Source: a virus (taxonomy: Duplodnaviria > Caudoviricetes). Taken from it: 56,382 bases of DNA. This document shows, piece after piece, positions 17,507 to 27,140 of this stretch. Below the pieces are notes generated by a model. It searched no databases. It was not told the origin of the DNA and saw only the letters and a program-made list of their open reading frames with translations. The stretch is from the IMG/VR virus record IMGVR_UViG_3300019926_000028, positions 1-56,382 of that record, one strand, 5' to 3'. The stretch's first letter is position 1. Every line of letters begins with the position of its first letter. The position numbers were made by a program, and so were the translations under genes.

Positions 17507-18582
17507 TGAAATATACTGAACAAGAATTAATTGATGAGTTGCATAGAGTTTCTGAAGAGTATTGTGGTGGTGAGACGCCGACGCAGAAAGATATGAACAA
17601 ATATGGTAAATATTCAGCCGCAACATACGAACGTCGTTTTGAATCTTGGAATGATGTTTTGGAAGTTGTTGGGTTAAAAGTAAATGTTTATAAAGATTAC
17701 ACCGACGAAGACTTAAAACAAATATTAATAGATTTTAGTGAAAAATATTGCAACGGTGAGGCTCCAACTAGAGAGTTTTTTAACAAAAAAGCGGATATTC
17801 ATTATAGTACAATAGAAAATAGATTTGGGACTTGGAATAAAGCTTTGAAAATATGTGGAAAAAGCGTTAATGAAAGACATAAAATCCCCAAAGAAAAGTT
17901 GAGATATGAATTATTTAAAGTTAAAGATGTTGTAGGTGGAACACCGACAATTGGTGAAATGTGTGAATATGGAAATCTCTCTCATGGGCCTTATGTGACT
18001 GAATTTGGTTCATGGAATAAAGCACTTGAGTATCATGGAATGGAGTATAATCATAAAAATAATTTAAGTAAAGAGTATATAAAAAATGAAATAAAGAAAG
18101 TTTCGGAAAATCATTGTGGTGGCAAGGCTCCGAAAAGAGAAGATATGCGAGAATATTCTGAAATTTGTCAAATGACCGCAACTAATAAATTTGGCTCTTG
18201 GGATGTAGCGTTGGAGCAATGTGGGATAGAATCATTAAAAGCAACCGATTATCTTCCAAGTGGAAAAGAACATTTCAATTGGTGTGGGGGTATATCAATA
18301 AATTATGGCCCTTCGTGGAATAGACAAAGAAATAAAGCAATGAAAAGAGATGGTCATTGTTGTAGACTGTGCGAAAGGCCAGTTCAAGAAACTTTAATTG
18401 ATGTTCATCATATAACACCAGTTCGCTTTTGGAGAGTAGAGCAGGAACACGAGAAAATGAACCAACTAAATAATTTAATATCTTTATGCCGATCTTGTCA
18501 TAGGAAATATGAGGGACAATTGAAGGGGAGGGGGCATGATGAATTTGAATATGTTATTGATAGTGAAGCGATAGAGTTATAA
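17506..18582 (+). CDS. HNH endonuclease with four FGSW repeats
   Basis: RFESWN, RFGTWN, EFGSWN and KFGSWD repeats; RDGHCCRLC...DVHHI...NLISLCRSCH. Confidence 0.85.
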   Translation: MKYTEQELIDELHRVSEEYCGGETPTQKDMNKYGKYSAATYERRFESWNDVLEVVGLKVNVYKDYTDEDLKQILIDFSEKYCNGEAPTREFFNKKADIHYSTIENRFGTWNKALKICGKSVNERHKIPKEKLRYELFKVKDVVGGTPTIGEMCEYGNLSHGPYVTEFGSWNKALEYHGMEYNHKNNLSKEYIKNEIKKVSENHCGGKAPKREDMREYSEICQMTATNKFGSWDVALEQCGIESLKATDYLPSGKEHFNWCGGISINYGPSWNRQRNKAMKRDGHCCRLCERPVQETLIDVHHITPVRFWRVEQEHEKMNQLNNLISLCRSCHRKYEGQLKGRGHDEFEYVIDSEAIEL

Positions 18583-18608
18583 ATTTCGCCGCTTAATGGG
18601 CAAGTGCA

Positions 18609-19589
18609 ATGATTGAAAATAGCGTTTGGTCGGAGAAACACCGGCCAGAGGATCTTGATTCAGTAATTGGGAACACAGAACAAGTTAATCGAATGTCCAA
18701 GTGGGTAGATGATGATTCTGTCCCCCACCTTCTTCTTCATGGCCCCGCCGGAACGGGGAAGAGTAGTGCAGTAATAGCATTTTGTCGTGAAAAATATGGC
18801 GATGAATGGCGACAGAACCTCATAGAGTATAATGCAAGTTCTGACAGGGGCATAGACATCGTTCGTGATGAAATTAAAGAAGAAGCTGCTAGGAGCGCAT
18901 CTTCAAACCATCAACGGAAGGTGATAATGCTGGACGAGATTGACTCAATGACTTCTGATGCTCAAGCAGCACTTCGTAGAATTATGGAGAAGTATAGCGA
19001 TCAAACTATTTTTGCACTCGTCTGTAATTGGAGCAACCAAATCATCGACCCCCTGCAAAGTCGTTGCACTCCGCTTCCATTCAATAGACTCTCGGATGAA
19101 GAAATTAATGAATTGTTAACACGTATTCTTGAAAAGGAAGGTATTGATTATGAAGAGTCTGCCGTATCAAAAATTATAGATTATTGTGACGGCGATGCTC
19201 GGAGGGCGGTTCAAACCCTTCAAACGAGTGTTCAAGATGGTGTATTGACTGAAAATATTATTGAGGCAGTCGGCGGCCAAGTCGATGCAGAAACAGTTGA
19301 GCAACTTATATCCAAGTGCTTCAACGGTCAGATGGATGAGGCTCACGAAATGGTAGTGACTGATATTCTTCCGAATGTGACTGATTATTCTCGATTCACG
19401 AACACGTTGATGAAGAAGATTCAATATTCGGATGAACTTCCTGATGATGTGAGATGGTATGCAATCAGCAGGGTTGGAGAATTGGAACGGAATATCATGG
19501 AAGGGGCGAACCCCCACACCCAGATTACGAGTTACCTGAGTAAGATTCCGGCGATCCGTTACGCTTCTATTCCCCAGTATGACGAGTGA
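18609..19589 (+). CDS. rfcS: Replication factor C small subunit
   Basis: WSEKHRP, GPAGTGKS, NASSDRGID, LDEID, LQSRC, GDARRA. Confidence 0.92.
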   Translation: MIENSVWSEKHRPEDLDSVIGNTEQVNRMSKWVDDDSVPHLLLHGPAGTGKSSAVIAFCREKYGDEWRQNLIEYNASSDRGIDIVRDEIKEEAARSASSNHQRKVIMLDEIDSMTSDAQAALRRIMEKYSDQTIFALVCNWSNQIIDPLQSRCTPLPFNRLSDEEINELLTRILEKEGIDYEESAVSKIIDYCDGDARRAVQTLQTSVQDGVLTENIIEAVGGQVDAETVEQLISKCFNGQMDEAHEMVVTDILPNVTDYSRFTNTLMKKIQYSDELPDDVRWYAISRVGELERNIMEGANPHTQITSYLSKIPAIRYASIPQYDE

Positions 19590-19911
19590 TATATTCACTC
19601 AAATAATGAAAGAAATGACGGAATTGAAGCACGACGGGTACAATCCAAAGACAATAAAAGTTGATGGTGATTTTTTCGATTCTCTTATGGAAGAAAGTAA
19701 TTTTCTGAAGGCTAAAGATGTAGATAATATATCAAATGGCATCGGGAGAGTTGCCGGGATGGATATTGCGAGAGATGATAATGTTGATGGTTTTCAAATT
19801 GATACTGAGGATATAGAGTATGTTGGGGTTGAAGAATGTTTCAAATGTTCAAATGTGATGATGTATGATGAATCGAACGAGGAATTTTATTGCCCAATAT
19901 GTGAATCATGA
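19579..19911 (+). CDS. Protein with shared C-terminal zinc ribbon
   Basis: Ends CFKCSNVMMYDESNEEFYCPICES. Confidence 0.65.
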   Translation: MTSDIFTQIMKEMTELKHDGYNPKTIKVDGDFFDSLMEESNFLKAKDVDNISNGIGRVAGMDIARDDNVDGFQIDTEDIEYVGVEECFKCSNVMMYDESNEEFYCPICES

Positions 19912-20249
19912 CTAAAGAAGAAAATCTTAGACGGAGAAAAAGAATTAAAATCGCTGAAGAATTCTTTAATATGCTGTTTGAACACCCGGATAATTATTAT
20001 GTGAAATCCGGAATTCCCGATAATGCAAATTTTTACAGAGTATATGAAGATCCTCCCTATAATTGTATAGTGGTTGAGTATCAGTGCGATGATTGGGAAA
20101 AAGTTGGCGAAGGTAATCAAATTCCCGAACTAGAAATAGAATTCCGTGAATTGTTATGTCAACGGTGTGATTCCAAGATGATGTACGACGAGAAGAACAA
20201 AAGTCAATATTGTCCACGGTGTGAACGGAGGTTTTACTGTGGCGAGTAA
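19908..20249 (+). CDS. Protein with shared C-terminal zinc ribbon
   Basis: CQRCDSKMMYDEKNKSQYCPRCE. Confidence 0.65.
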   Translation: MTKEENLRRRKRIKIAEEFFNMLFEHPDNYYVKSGIPDNANFYRVYEDPPYNCIVVEYQCDDWEKVGEGNQIPELEIEFRELLCQRCDSKMMYDEKNKSQYCPRCERRFYCGE

Positions 20250-20523
20250 ATATAAGTGGAGAGCGGCTGAAAAGAAACCCGTTGGGGTTAGTTTTCGTGG
20301 GCCATACTATGATACTGATGAGATAGAGACGATTGAAGGTGATTATGAAATAGATGAAGAATATCTTGAAGAACATGAGGGGTATGTGATAATTGAAGGT
20401 GTGCAAGGAGAAAAATATCCATGCGCTTTGGATATATTCAGAGAGGCGTATAGATTACCAGAAGGTTCCGAAGCAATTTTAGGTTCACAGAGAGTATCTA
20501 AAGGAGGTAGGAGAGATGGTTAA
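20221..20523 (+). CDS. Conserved phage-type hypothetical protein
   Basis: KKPV...IETIEG...YVIIEGVQGEKYPC..DIF pattern common in phage proteins; start uncertain. Confidence 0.6.
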   Translation: MNGGFTVASKYKWRAAEKKPVGVSFRGPYYDTDEIETIEGDYEIDEEYLEEHEGYVIIEGVQGEKYPCALDIFREAYRLPEGSEAILGSQRVSKGGRRDG

Positions 20524-20746
20524 CAAAGAAGCGCAAAAAGCGATAGATAAGGATATCGAAGAGAATAAGGAAATGTATCAGGCATTAGCGGATACCGATG
20601 ATGATATGAGTGAACTAAATAACCCAATGCGGTTTACAGCACGTCCGAGAAATATAAATATCCGGAACTGGCTAGGAGAAGATAAGCAGGTGACTGAGAT
20701 TGAGTTTGAACCGGGACAAATTTATGTTCATTGGGAGGAACGATGA
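20516..20746 (+). CDS. Hypothetical protein
   Basis: GGAGG SD upstream; translationally coupled. Confidence 0.55.
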   Translation: MVNKEAQKAIDKDIEENKEMYQALADTDDDMSELNNPMRFTARPRNINIRNWLGEDKQVTEIEFEPGQIYVHWEER

Positions 20747-21819
20747 GTAAAAGAATCTCAAACGAAGAGTTGATTTCTGAACTTGAAAGAATTAATGATA
20801 TAATTCCTGATAACAAAAGCCCAAGGAGGAAAGATATGAAAGATATGGGGGAATATTCCGCTGGAACTTATACTAATAGATTTGGCGGTTGGAATGAAGG
20901 ATTAAAGGAAGCAGGCTTTGAATTAAATAAGAAAGATACTGGATATCCAAAAAAGATAGCAGAAGAAGAACTTATTTTCGAGTTGCAGCGTTTGGATTCT
21001 TCTATTGATCGGAATCTACAAATGGAAGATATGCGTAAAAGAGGAAAATATACTTTTGATACTTATCAAAAGAGGTTTGGAAGTTGGAACAAAGCATTAA
21101 AAGAAGCAGGTATAGAGATTAACAGAGAAGTTAATATTTCTATTGAAGATATCGTTAAAGATATTAAAAATGTATCTGAAAAACATTGCAACGGCGGATC
21201 GCCCACATCCGTTGATATGAAAAATCACGGAAAATATTCAGAAAGAATATATCTTTTTAATAGTGATATTTCTTGGGTAGAATTGTTAAAAACAGCAGGT
21301 TTTGAAAGCAAATATCAAGTGACAGAAGAGCAGTTAATTACTGCAATACACGATCTAGCTGAAGACATTGGCAAGACGCCTTCTTCCCGTGATATGAAAA
21401 GAGAGGGGAAATATACGTCGTGTCCATATAGGCGTGTTTTTGGAACTTGGAAAAAAGCTTTGTTAAATGCTGGCTATGAACCAATTGGTTATGTTTCCGG
21501 TGAAGATCATCCGAGTTGGAAAGGTGGTGTAAAACACGAAGAACGGCGAAAGCGTGAAAATTGGTCTAAACGTGTGAAAAATAGAGATAATTATGAGTGC
21601 CAGAGATGCGAAGAAGCAAGAAGTGAAGTAAGATTTGCACACCATATAAAAAGAAAAGATCAATATCCAAATTTGGCTTTTGATGACAGTAATGGTATTA
21701 CTTTGTGCGCGGATTGTCATGCTCAAGCCCATAAAAACGATAGAGAATACAATTCATTAAAGGCACTCGCGGATGAATTGGCACGAAAAGATTACAAAAT
21801 GGTATACAGCAATGAATAA
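20743..21819 (+). CDS. HNH endonuclease with FGSW repeats
   Basis: RFGGWN, RFGSWN and VFGTWK repeats; RDNYECQRC...AHHI...NGITLCADCH. Confidence 0.85.
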   Translation: MSKRISNEELISELERINDIIPDNKSPRRKDMKDMGEYSAGTYTNRFGGWNEGLKEAGFELNKKDTGYPKKIAEEELIFELQRLDSSIDRNLQMEDMRKRGKYTFDTYQKRFGSWNKALKEAGIEINREVNISIEDIVKDIKNVSEKHCNGGSPTSVDMKNHGKYSERIYLFNSDISWVELLKTAGFESKYQVTEEQLITAIHDLAEDIGKTPSSRDMKREGKYTSCPYRRVFGTWKKALLNAGYEPIGYVSGEDHPSWKGGVKHEERRKRENWSKRVKNRDNYECQRCEEARSEVRFAHHIKRKDQYPNLAFDDSNGITLCADCHAQAHKNDREYNSLKALADELARKDYKMVYSNE

Positions 21820-22615
21820 AATTAACAGACTTTCCGCTAGTTCCATTAAAAAATATAAAAATTGTCCCAAGAGTTTTTTCTATAAGGAAATATCTGATGT
21901 AGAGCCTCCCGATGAAGAAGAGCCAGATTTCTTTGCAGTTGGGAACACCGTCCACGATACTCTCGAAAGCGTTTTACAAGAAGATGATGTTCTTGAGCTA
22001 TCTGAAGATGAACTGCTTTCCCGATTGAGAGAAAAAGAACGTTCTCTTGATTATAATTACGAGGATTCTGAAAAGGTACAAACCTGTCTTGAATTCGCAT
22101 CGAAATATATCTCAGGTTATGTAACTGATATTGTTTCAGTTGAAGACCGTTTTGAGATGAATGTAAAGGGTATTGATTTCGTTGGATATGCTGATTTGAT
22201 AGCTGATATTAATGATCGTGGGGAAGACTTAAATGACGTAATTATTGATTGGAAAACAGGGAAAGAAAACGATGAGTGGAAAGAGCGAATTCAGGGTGGA
22301 ATGTATGTCAAGATGTTCCATGAGATATATGGTCGGTGGCCTGAATCAATCCAATTTATCTATTTAAATGAAGGGACTCGTTCCGTTCATAACCGCATCG
22401 ATGATGGTGATGTAATGTGGAATGACCACCAGAACAAGTATTGGGAAGAAATTGAGGGTGATATTAGTGATATTAGCAACTCTGCATTTAATGATGAGTG
22501 GGAAGCGAACGTAAGTGATAGCTGCTATTTCTGTGACTATAAGTTTGCTTGTTCTGATTATATCGGAAGTGAAGATTGTGAACCGCACCATTTAGAGATT
22601 GAGGCAGGAATATGA
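21812..22615 (+). CDS. Cas4/RecB-like PD-(D/E)XK exonuclease
   Basis: LSASS....CP, GNTVH, GYADLI, IIDWKTG, Q...Y, and CYFCDYKFAC Fe-S cysteines. Confidence 0.85.
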   Translation: MNKINRLSASSIKKYKNCPKSFFYKEISDVEPPDEEEPDFFAVGNTVHDTLESVLQEDDVLELSEDELLSRLREKERSLDYNYEDSEKVQTCLEFASKYISGYVTDIVSVEDRFEMNVKGIDFVGYADLIADINDRGEDLNDVIIDWKTGKENDEWKERIQGGMYVKMFHEIYGRWPESIQFIYLNEGTRSVHNRIDDGDVMWNDHQNKYWEEIEGDISDISNSAFNDEWEANVSDSCYFCDYKFACSDYIGSEDCEPHHLEIEAGI

Positions 22616-22812
22616 AATACGAAGATATACCAGAAAAACAAAAGCGGTTATGCGTTTCGTGTTCTAGTCTAGCAAATAGCTATGAGACAAATTATACAGA
22701 ACAAAAACCGATTGGTGTTAAGTATCATCCCGGTACTAAAGGTTGTTGGGGGCCACGGGCGAAAATAGAATGGAAATGGGAATGTCTTGATTGTGGAACG
22801 GAGCAATTCTAA
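22612..22812 (+). CDS. Small zinc-ribbon protein
   Basis: CVSC and CLDC motifs. Confidence 0.55.
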   Translation: MKYEDIPEKQKRLCVSCSSLANSYETNYTEQKPIGVKYHPGTKGCWGPRAKIEWKWECLDCGTEQF

Positions 22813-23039
22813 TGAAATCTGACGATATTGAAACTCATATTTTGGAGTTGAACGATACGCGGTTTAGAATAACCAACGATCCGTGGACGGGTGATTGGTG
22901 TGTTGATTCGCCGGATGAGTTGGTACAGGGTACATATCTTGCGAGTAAGAAAGGCGCAATAAATTATTGTTTGGTAGAGGCAAGCATAGTAAAAAGATCC
23001 GAGGTTGAATACGAGATGGCTCCCGATAGAACGTTCTAA
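22812..23039 (+). CDS. Hypothetical protein
   Basis: TAATG-coupled start. Confidence 0.55.
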   Translation: MKSDDIETHILELNDTRFRITNDPWTGDWCVDSPDELVQGTYLASKKGAINYCLVEASIVKRSEVEYEMAPDRTF

Positions 23040-23076
23040 CCGAAAGCGTTAAAAAGCAAACCGTGTAAATAAAACT

Positions 23077-23340
23077 ATGCCGGAATCAGAGATATATTAT
23101 CCCGAAGATGGAGAATGGACACAAGAAGATGTTGACAGGTTTATTGAGAGTGTTGAAGAACAAGAGGTTGAAACAGGTGGCGGTGGTGATGAAGTAAAAG
23201 TCTCCGCCGGAACTATTCTTGTTGCCATTTTTCTATTCTTTATCATAGTTTATTCAATCTATGTGCAACAGTTCCAATTCGCTGGTTTGAATTGTATACT
23301 TCTTGTAGCATTAGCTCTCGGAAACAAGGCAATTGAGTAG
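23077..23340 (+). CDS. Small membrane protein
   Basis: Acidic N-terminus and two hydrophobic segments; promoter at about 23041. Confidence 0.6.
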   Translation: MPESEIYYPEDGEWTQEDVDRFIESVEEQEVETGGGGDEVKVSAGTILVAIFLFFIIVYSIYVQQFQFAGLNCILLVALALGNKAIE

Positions 23341-25957
23341 AATGTCTGTAGGCCGTGTCACTTGGACAGATTACTGTATTGATGATGGATTAGGAGTCCT
23401 TGTCCGACTCTCAGCGCGGATGAAAGACGGGAGTAGATTTAATGGGTATGTGCAGGGGACTGAACCATACATATTTGCACCTGATGATGAATCAGTACCC
23501 GATGAAGACTATATACAGTACACGGAGTCCGGATATGAATCGTTATTTGACCACGATTTACAGAAGATTGTTACAGAGACGCCAAAGCAGGCTGGTGGGC
23601 TTACTAAGGAATTTTCTTGGACGGGTGAAGGCGATGTACCATACTATCGAAGAGTCGCTATCCACGATGGTTTGAGCGGCTATATAGATATACCGGAAGC
23701 AAATAAAGAGTATGAAGGACTGCCACTTGTTCATATTGATGATATTGATGTAGATCCCGATTTTGATGATGTGATTGAACCACGTATATCAATTGCTGAT
23801 ATTGAGGTTCACGTTCCGGAAGATGGAACGTTTGATGAAATGAAAGAGAATGCAGATGAACCAATTAACGTCATTTGTTCGTATGACACTTATGAAGATC
23901 AATATACAGTTTTCTACTATGATAGATACAATAATTTGGATGTTGAAAACATACGTCCGAAAATGGAAGAACAACTTTCAGGAACAAAAATCTCTTCCTA
24001 TACCGATACTTCTATCCAAGTTGTTAGTGCTGAATCTGAAGTTGATATGCTTAATTCTTATATTGATTATAATAATGACAGGGACTTCGATTTAGTTTCG
24101 GGTTGGAATTACGTTGATTTTGACCGCGAATATATTAGACGACGAATGAAGACGTTGAGAGATAGAGATGAAGATATTCATCCGTCTTGGCTTTCGCCCT
24201 TTAATAAAACCTCAGCAACTCGTGATGAACACCGAAAGATAGTAGCTAGGCCACCTTTCGATATGCTTAAGGCATTCTGTGATAAGCTAACTTTTTCTAA
24301 TTGGCGCTCACGTTCTCTTGAATACGTCTCTAATGAAGAGTTAGGTATTGGGAAAATTGATGATGTAAATATCAATAAGGATTGGAAGAATGAACCGTCT
24401 CGTCTGATCGCTTATAATATCGTTGACGTGATTTTAACTGTTGCTCTTGATGATAAGAATGATATTCATGGCTTCTTTTTTGAAATGGCAGATGTGGCTT
24501 CTATCCCGATTACAGATGTTTTCTATGAAAAGAGACAGGTAGATGGACTGATAATGTCTGTAAGGCCCGATGATGAAGTCCTTCCTACGACAAAGGAAAG
24601 TGAAGAAATTAATAATGCAGGTGGTTATGTTGCTGATGCTGCAAATGGGAGAATAGAAAATGTTGGTGTAAGTGATCTGAAGAGCCTATATCCATCTGCA
24701 ATGATAACGTGGAATTTAAGTACAGAGACTCTTTCGGATACACCCGAGGATTTTGATGAATATATCAAAGTGCCAAAAGTCCCCGAACCAAAAGATGTTC
24801 ATGGGGAAATATTAGAAGAAGATATTAATTTTGATTGGATGTATGCATCATTTGATAAGGAGGGCATTCTTCCCCGAAATGTAAAGAGGCTATTTAAGAA
24901 ACGGAATAGCGAGAAGAAAAGAATGTATGAAGCGGAGAATGGTTCTGCTGAAGAATCTAAATGGGATCGAAAACAGGGAGCAACCAAAGTTTTGATGAAT
25001 TCGATCTACGGAGTCTCTGCTAGTCCCTATTGGCGATTGTCAAATCAATTTCTTGGAGATGCTATTACCTCAACAGCAAGATATACACTATGGAAGGGCA
25101 AGCAAACACTTGATAGACTTGGATACGAACACGTCTACTCCGACACCGACAGTCACATGATGAAACTTTCTGACGAATCTGTAGAAAAACAAGTTGAAGA
25201 ACTGAAGTGGGTTTCTTCGGAAATGGATTCTGATGCTTCAGAAATTCTTGCTGATTGTGGTTATCATGATGTTCATCCATTCTTAAAAGGTTCAGATTTA
25301 CATGGTGATGAATACACTTGTATGCTATGGGAAGCCGAAAAACTTGGTACACATCTCCAACTTGGCCGGAAGAAAAGATATGCCCAAGCTATTAATTGGA
25401 AAGAGGGGACGTTTTATGATGAGCCAAACATTTCTATTTCCGGTTTTGAAAACGCAAGGTCGGACTCTCCCGAAATTACAGCAGTTTTACAAGAAGAAGT
25501 GATTAAGAAAGTTCTTTTTGGTGCGGGTTTTGATGAAGTATCTGAATATATTCAATCCACAATAGAGCAGATTGACGAGAATCATCCTAATGTAGAGAAG
25601 TTCGCGCTCCCCGGTTCAATCAATAAGGATTTGGAAGACTATCCCAACAGGCAAGTTCCTCGTGCGTGTATGTGGTCAAATGAGCATCTTGAAAGGGAGT
25701 TTAGTGAAGGCGATGATCCATTCGTCTATTTGGTTAAAGAAACTCCATCGGACTTACCTAATACGGATGTGTTGGCATTAGAATGGAATGAAGAGATACC
25801 GGACGGATTCAAACTTGACCGCGAGGCTATTATTGAAAGGGGGATTAAGAAGCCTATTGAGTCAATAGTGAATGAGATGAATTGGCAGTTTGAAGAGCTT
25901 CGTAGTGGAAAAGAGCAGAAGACGATGGACTTTGGCGGCGGAAATCCATTTGCATGA
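23333..25957 (+). CDS. polB: Family B DNA polymerase
   Basis: ExoI ADIEV, ExoII GWNYVDFD, ExoIII YNIVD; polymerase motifs DLKSLYPS, KVLMNSIYG, YSDTDS; no intein. Confidence 0.95.
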   Translation: MSRMSVGRVTWTDYCIDDGLGVLVRLSARMKDGSRFNGYVQGTEPYIFAPDDESVPDEDYIQYTESGYESLFDHDLQKIVTETPKQAGGLTKEFSWTGEGDVPYYRRVAIHDGLSGYIDIPEANKEYEGLPLVHIDDIDVDPDFDDVIEPRISIADIEVHVPEDGTFDEMKENADEPINVICSYDTYEDQYTVFYYDRYNNLDVENIRPKMEEQLSGTKISSYTDTSIQVVSAESEVDMLNSYIDYNNDRDFDLVSGWNYVDFDREYIRRRMKTLRDRDEDIHPSWLSPFNKTSATRDEHRKIVARPPFDMLKAFCDKLTFSNWRSRSLEYVSNEELGIGKIDDVNINKDWKNEPSRLIAYNIVDVILTVALDDKNDIHGFFFEMADVASIPITDVFYEKRQVDGLIMSVRPDDEVLPTTKESEEINNAGGYVADAANGRIENVGVSDLKSLYPSAMITWNLSTETLSDTPEDFDEYIKVPKVPEPKDVHGEILEEDINFDWMYASFDKEGILPRNVKRLFKKRNSEKKRMYEAENGSAEESKWDRKQGATKVLMNSIYGVSASPYWRLSNQFLGDAITSTARYTLWKGKQTLDRLGYEHVYSDTDSHMMKLSDESVEKQVEELKWVSSEMDSDASEILADCGYHDVHPFLKGSDLHGDEYTCMLWEAEKLGTHLQLGRKKRYAQAINWKEGTFYDEPNISISGFENARSDSPEITAVLQEEVIKKVLFGAGFDEVSEYIQSTIEQIDENHPNVEKFALPGSINKDLEDYPNRQVPRACMWSNEHLEREFSEGDDPFVYLVKETPSDLPNTDVLALEWNEEIPDGFKLDREAIIERGIKKPIESIVNEMNWQFEELRSGKEQKTMDFGGGNPFA

Positions 25958-26256
25958 ATCAACCAATAATAGAAAACCATAGAGAAGTCGTTGGCGAAGT
26001 GCATAATGATACGTGGCAAGAAAATTTACTTCGTGTATCATTAGATGATTGGGGTTCAAGTGAAAGAAAAATGAGTGAATCTTCTCTAATAGATTTGGTT
26101 TCTGCTCGCGGATATGAACTTGTGAATTATGGTAACAGCGGTTATTCTACCAAAATTGTCGATGAGTATGAATTTTATAGATGCGAAAATTGCCGATCCC
26201 GAGCCATGTACGATTCAAAATCGGGTGTTTTTTATTGTCCGAGGTGTGAGTCATAA
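25954..26256 (+). CDS. Protein with shared C-terminal zinc ribbon
   Basis: Ends CENCRSRAMYDSKSGVFYCPRCES. Confidence 0.65.
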   Translation: MNQPIIENHREVVGEVHNDTWQENLLRVSLDDWGSSERKMSESSLIDLVSARGYELVNYGNSGYSTKIVDEYEFYRCENCRSRAMYDSKSGVFYCPRCES

Positions 26257-26258
26257 AA

Positions 26259-27140
26259 ATGAGTGAATCAGATAAAGAACCATGTCCTACTTGTGGTGAA
26301 ATGTTTCAGTCCGGGCGTGGTGTATCTTCTCACCACGTACAAGTTCACGGAGAATCAATAGCTGGTGTTGAGTATGAATGTAAGAACTGTGGAGAGCAGT
26401 TTAGAGCGAGAGATAGAGAGTATAAAACTTATTGTTCAAGAAAATGTATGGCTCAAGATTATAGTGAAAGAGAGGATGTTGGTGGTATAGTTGAGAATTA
26501 TGAACACCGCTCAGGTCAAGAACACCCGAATTGGGTTTTGAAAAAGGAGTTTGATTGCGATTTCTGCGGAGAGGTTTTTATAGACTATAATTATAAGAAA
26601 AGGCAATATTGCAGTATAAACTGTAAAAACAAAGATGGCAGAGAAGAAAGAAAATGTTATAATTGCGAAACTGCTTTTTCTGTAAAGAAAAGTATAGAAA
26701 AGAAATTCTGTTGTTATGAGTGTTCTGTTGAAGATAAAAAGGGCAGAGAAGAACATAAATGGGAAACCGTTGAATGTCTTAATTGCAGCGAATCTTTTGA
26801 AGCATTAATAAATTACAGTAGAAAATATTGCTCCATAGAATGCAGATCAGAACACTTATCGGGTGAAAACAGCCCCCAATGGAGAGGTGGTTCAAATGCT
26901 TATTATGGAAAAACATTTACAAAACAAATCAAAGAAGAAGTAAGAGAGATGACTGATAGAAAATGTTATAAATGTTCTATAGACGAGGAAGAGCTTAATA
27001 GAAGACTCGATGTTCATCATATAATCCCATTTAGAATTTTTGGCATTGAAAATCATAAGGAAGCAAACCGGAAGGATAATTTAGTTGCATTGTGTAGACA
27101 ATGCCATATGAAAGTTGATTTCGGTGATCTTGAAATATGA
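26259..27140 (+). CDS. HNH endonuclease with a C2H2 finger and four CxxC..YCSxxC repeats
   Basis: CPTC..HH..H; repeated C..CG..F...YCS..C; LDVHHI...NLVALCRQCH. Confidence 0.85.
   Translation: MSESDKEPCPTCGEMFQSGRGVSSHHVQVHGESIAGVEYECKNCGEQFRARDREYKTYCSRKCMAQDYSEREDVGGIVENYEHRSGQEHPNWVLKKEFDCDFCGEVFIDYNYKKRQYCSINCKNKDGREERKCYNCETAFSVKKSIEKKFCCYECSVEDKKGREEHKWETVECLNCSESFEALINYSRKYCSIECRSEHLSGENSPQWRGGSNAYYGKTFTKQIKEEVREMTDRKCYKCSIDEEELNRRLDVHHIIPFRIFGIENHKEANRKDNLVALCRQCHMKVDFGDLEI

Noticed and set aside
21812-22615. Cas4-like gene as the adaptation module of the array
   Set aside because: It lies 15 kb away in the replication cluster with no cas1/cas2; stand-alone Cas4-like nucleases are common in archaeal viruses.
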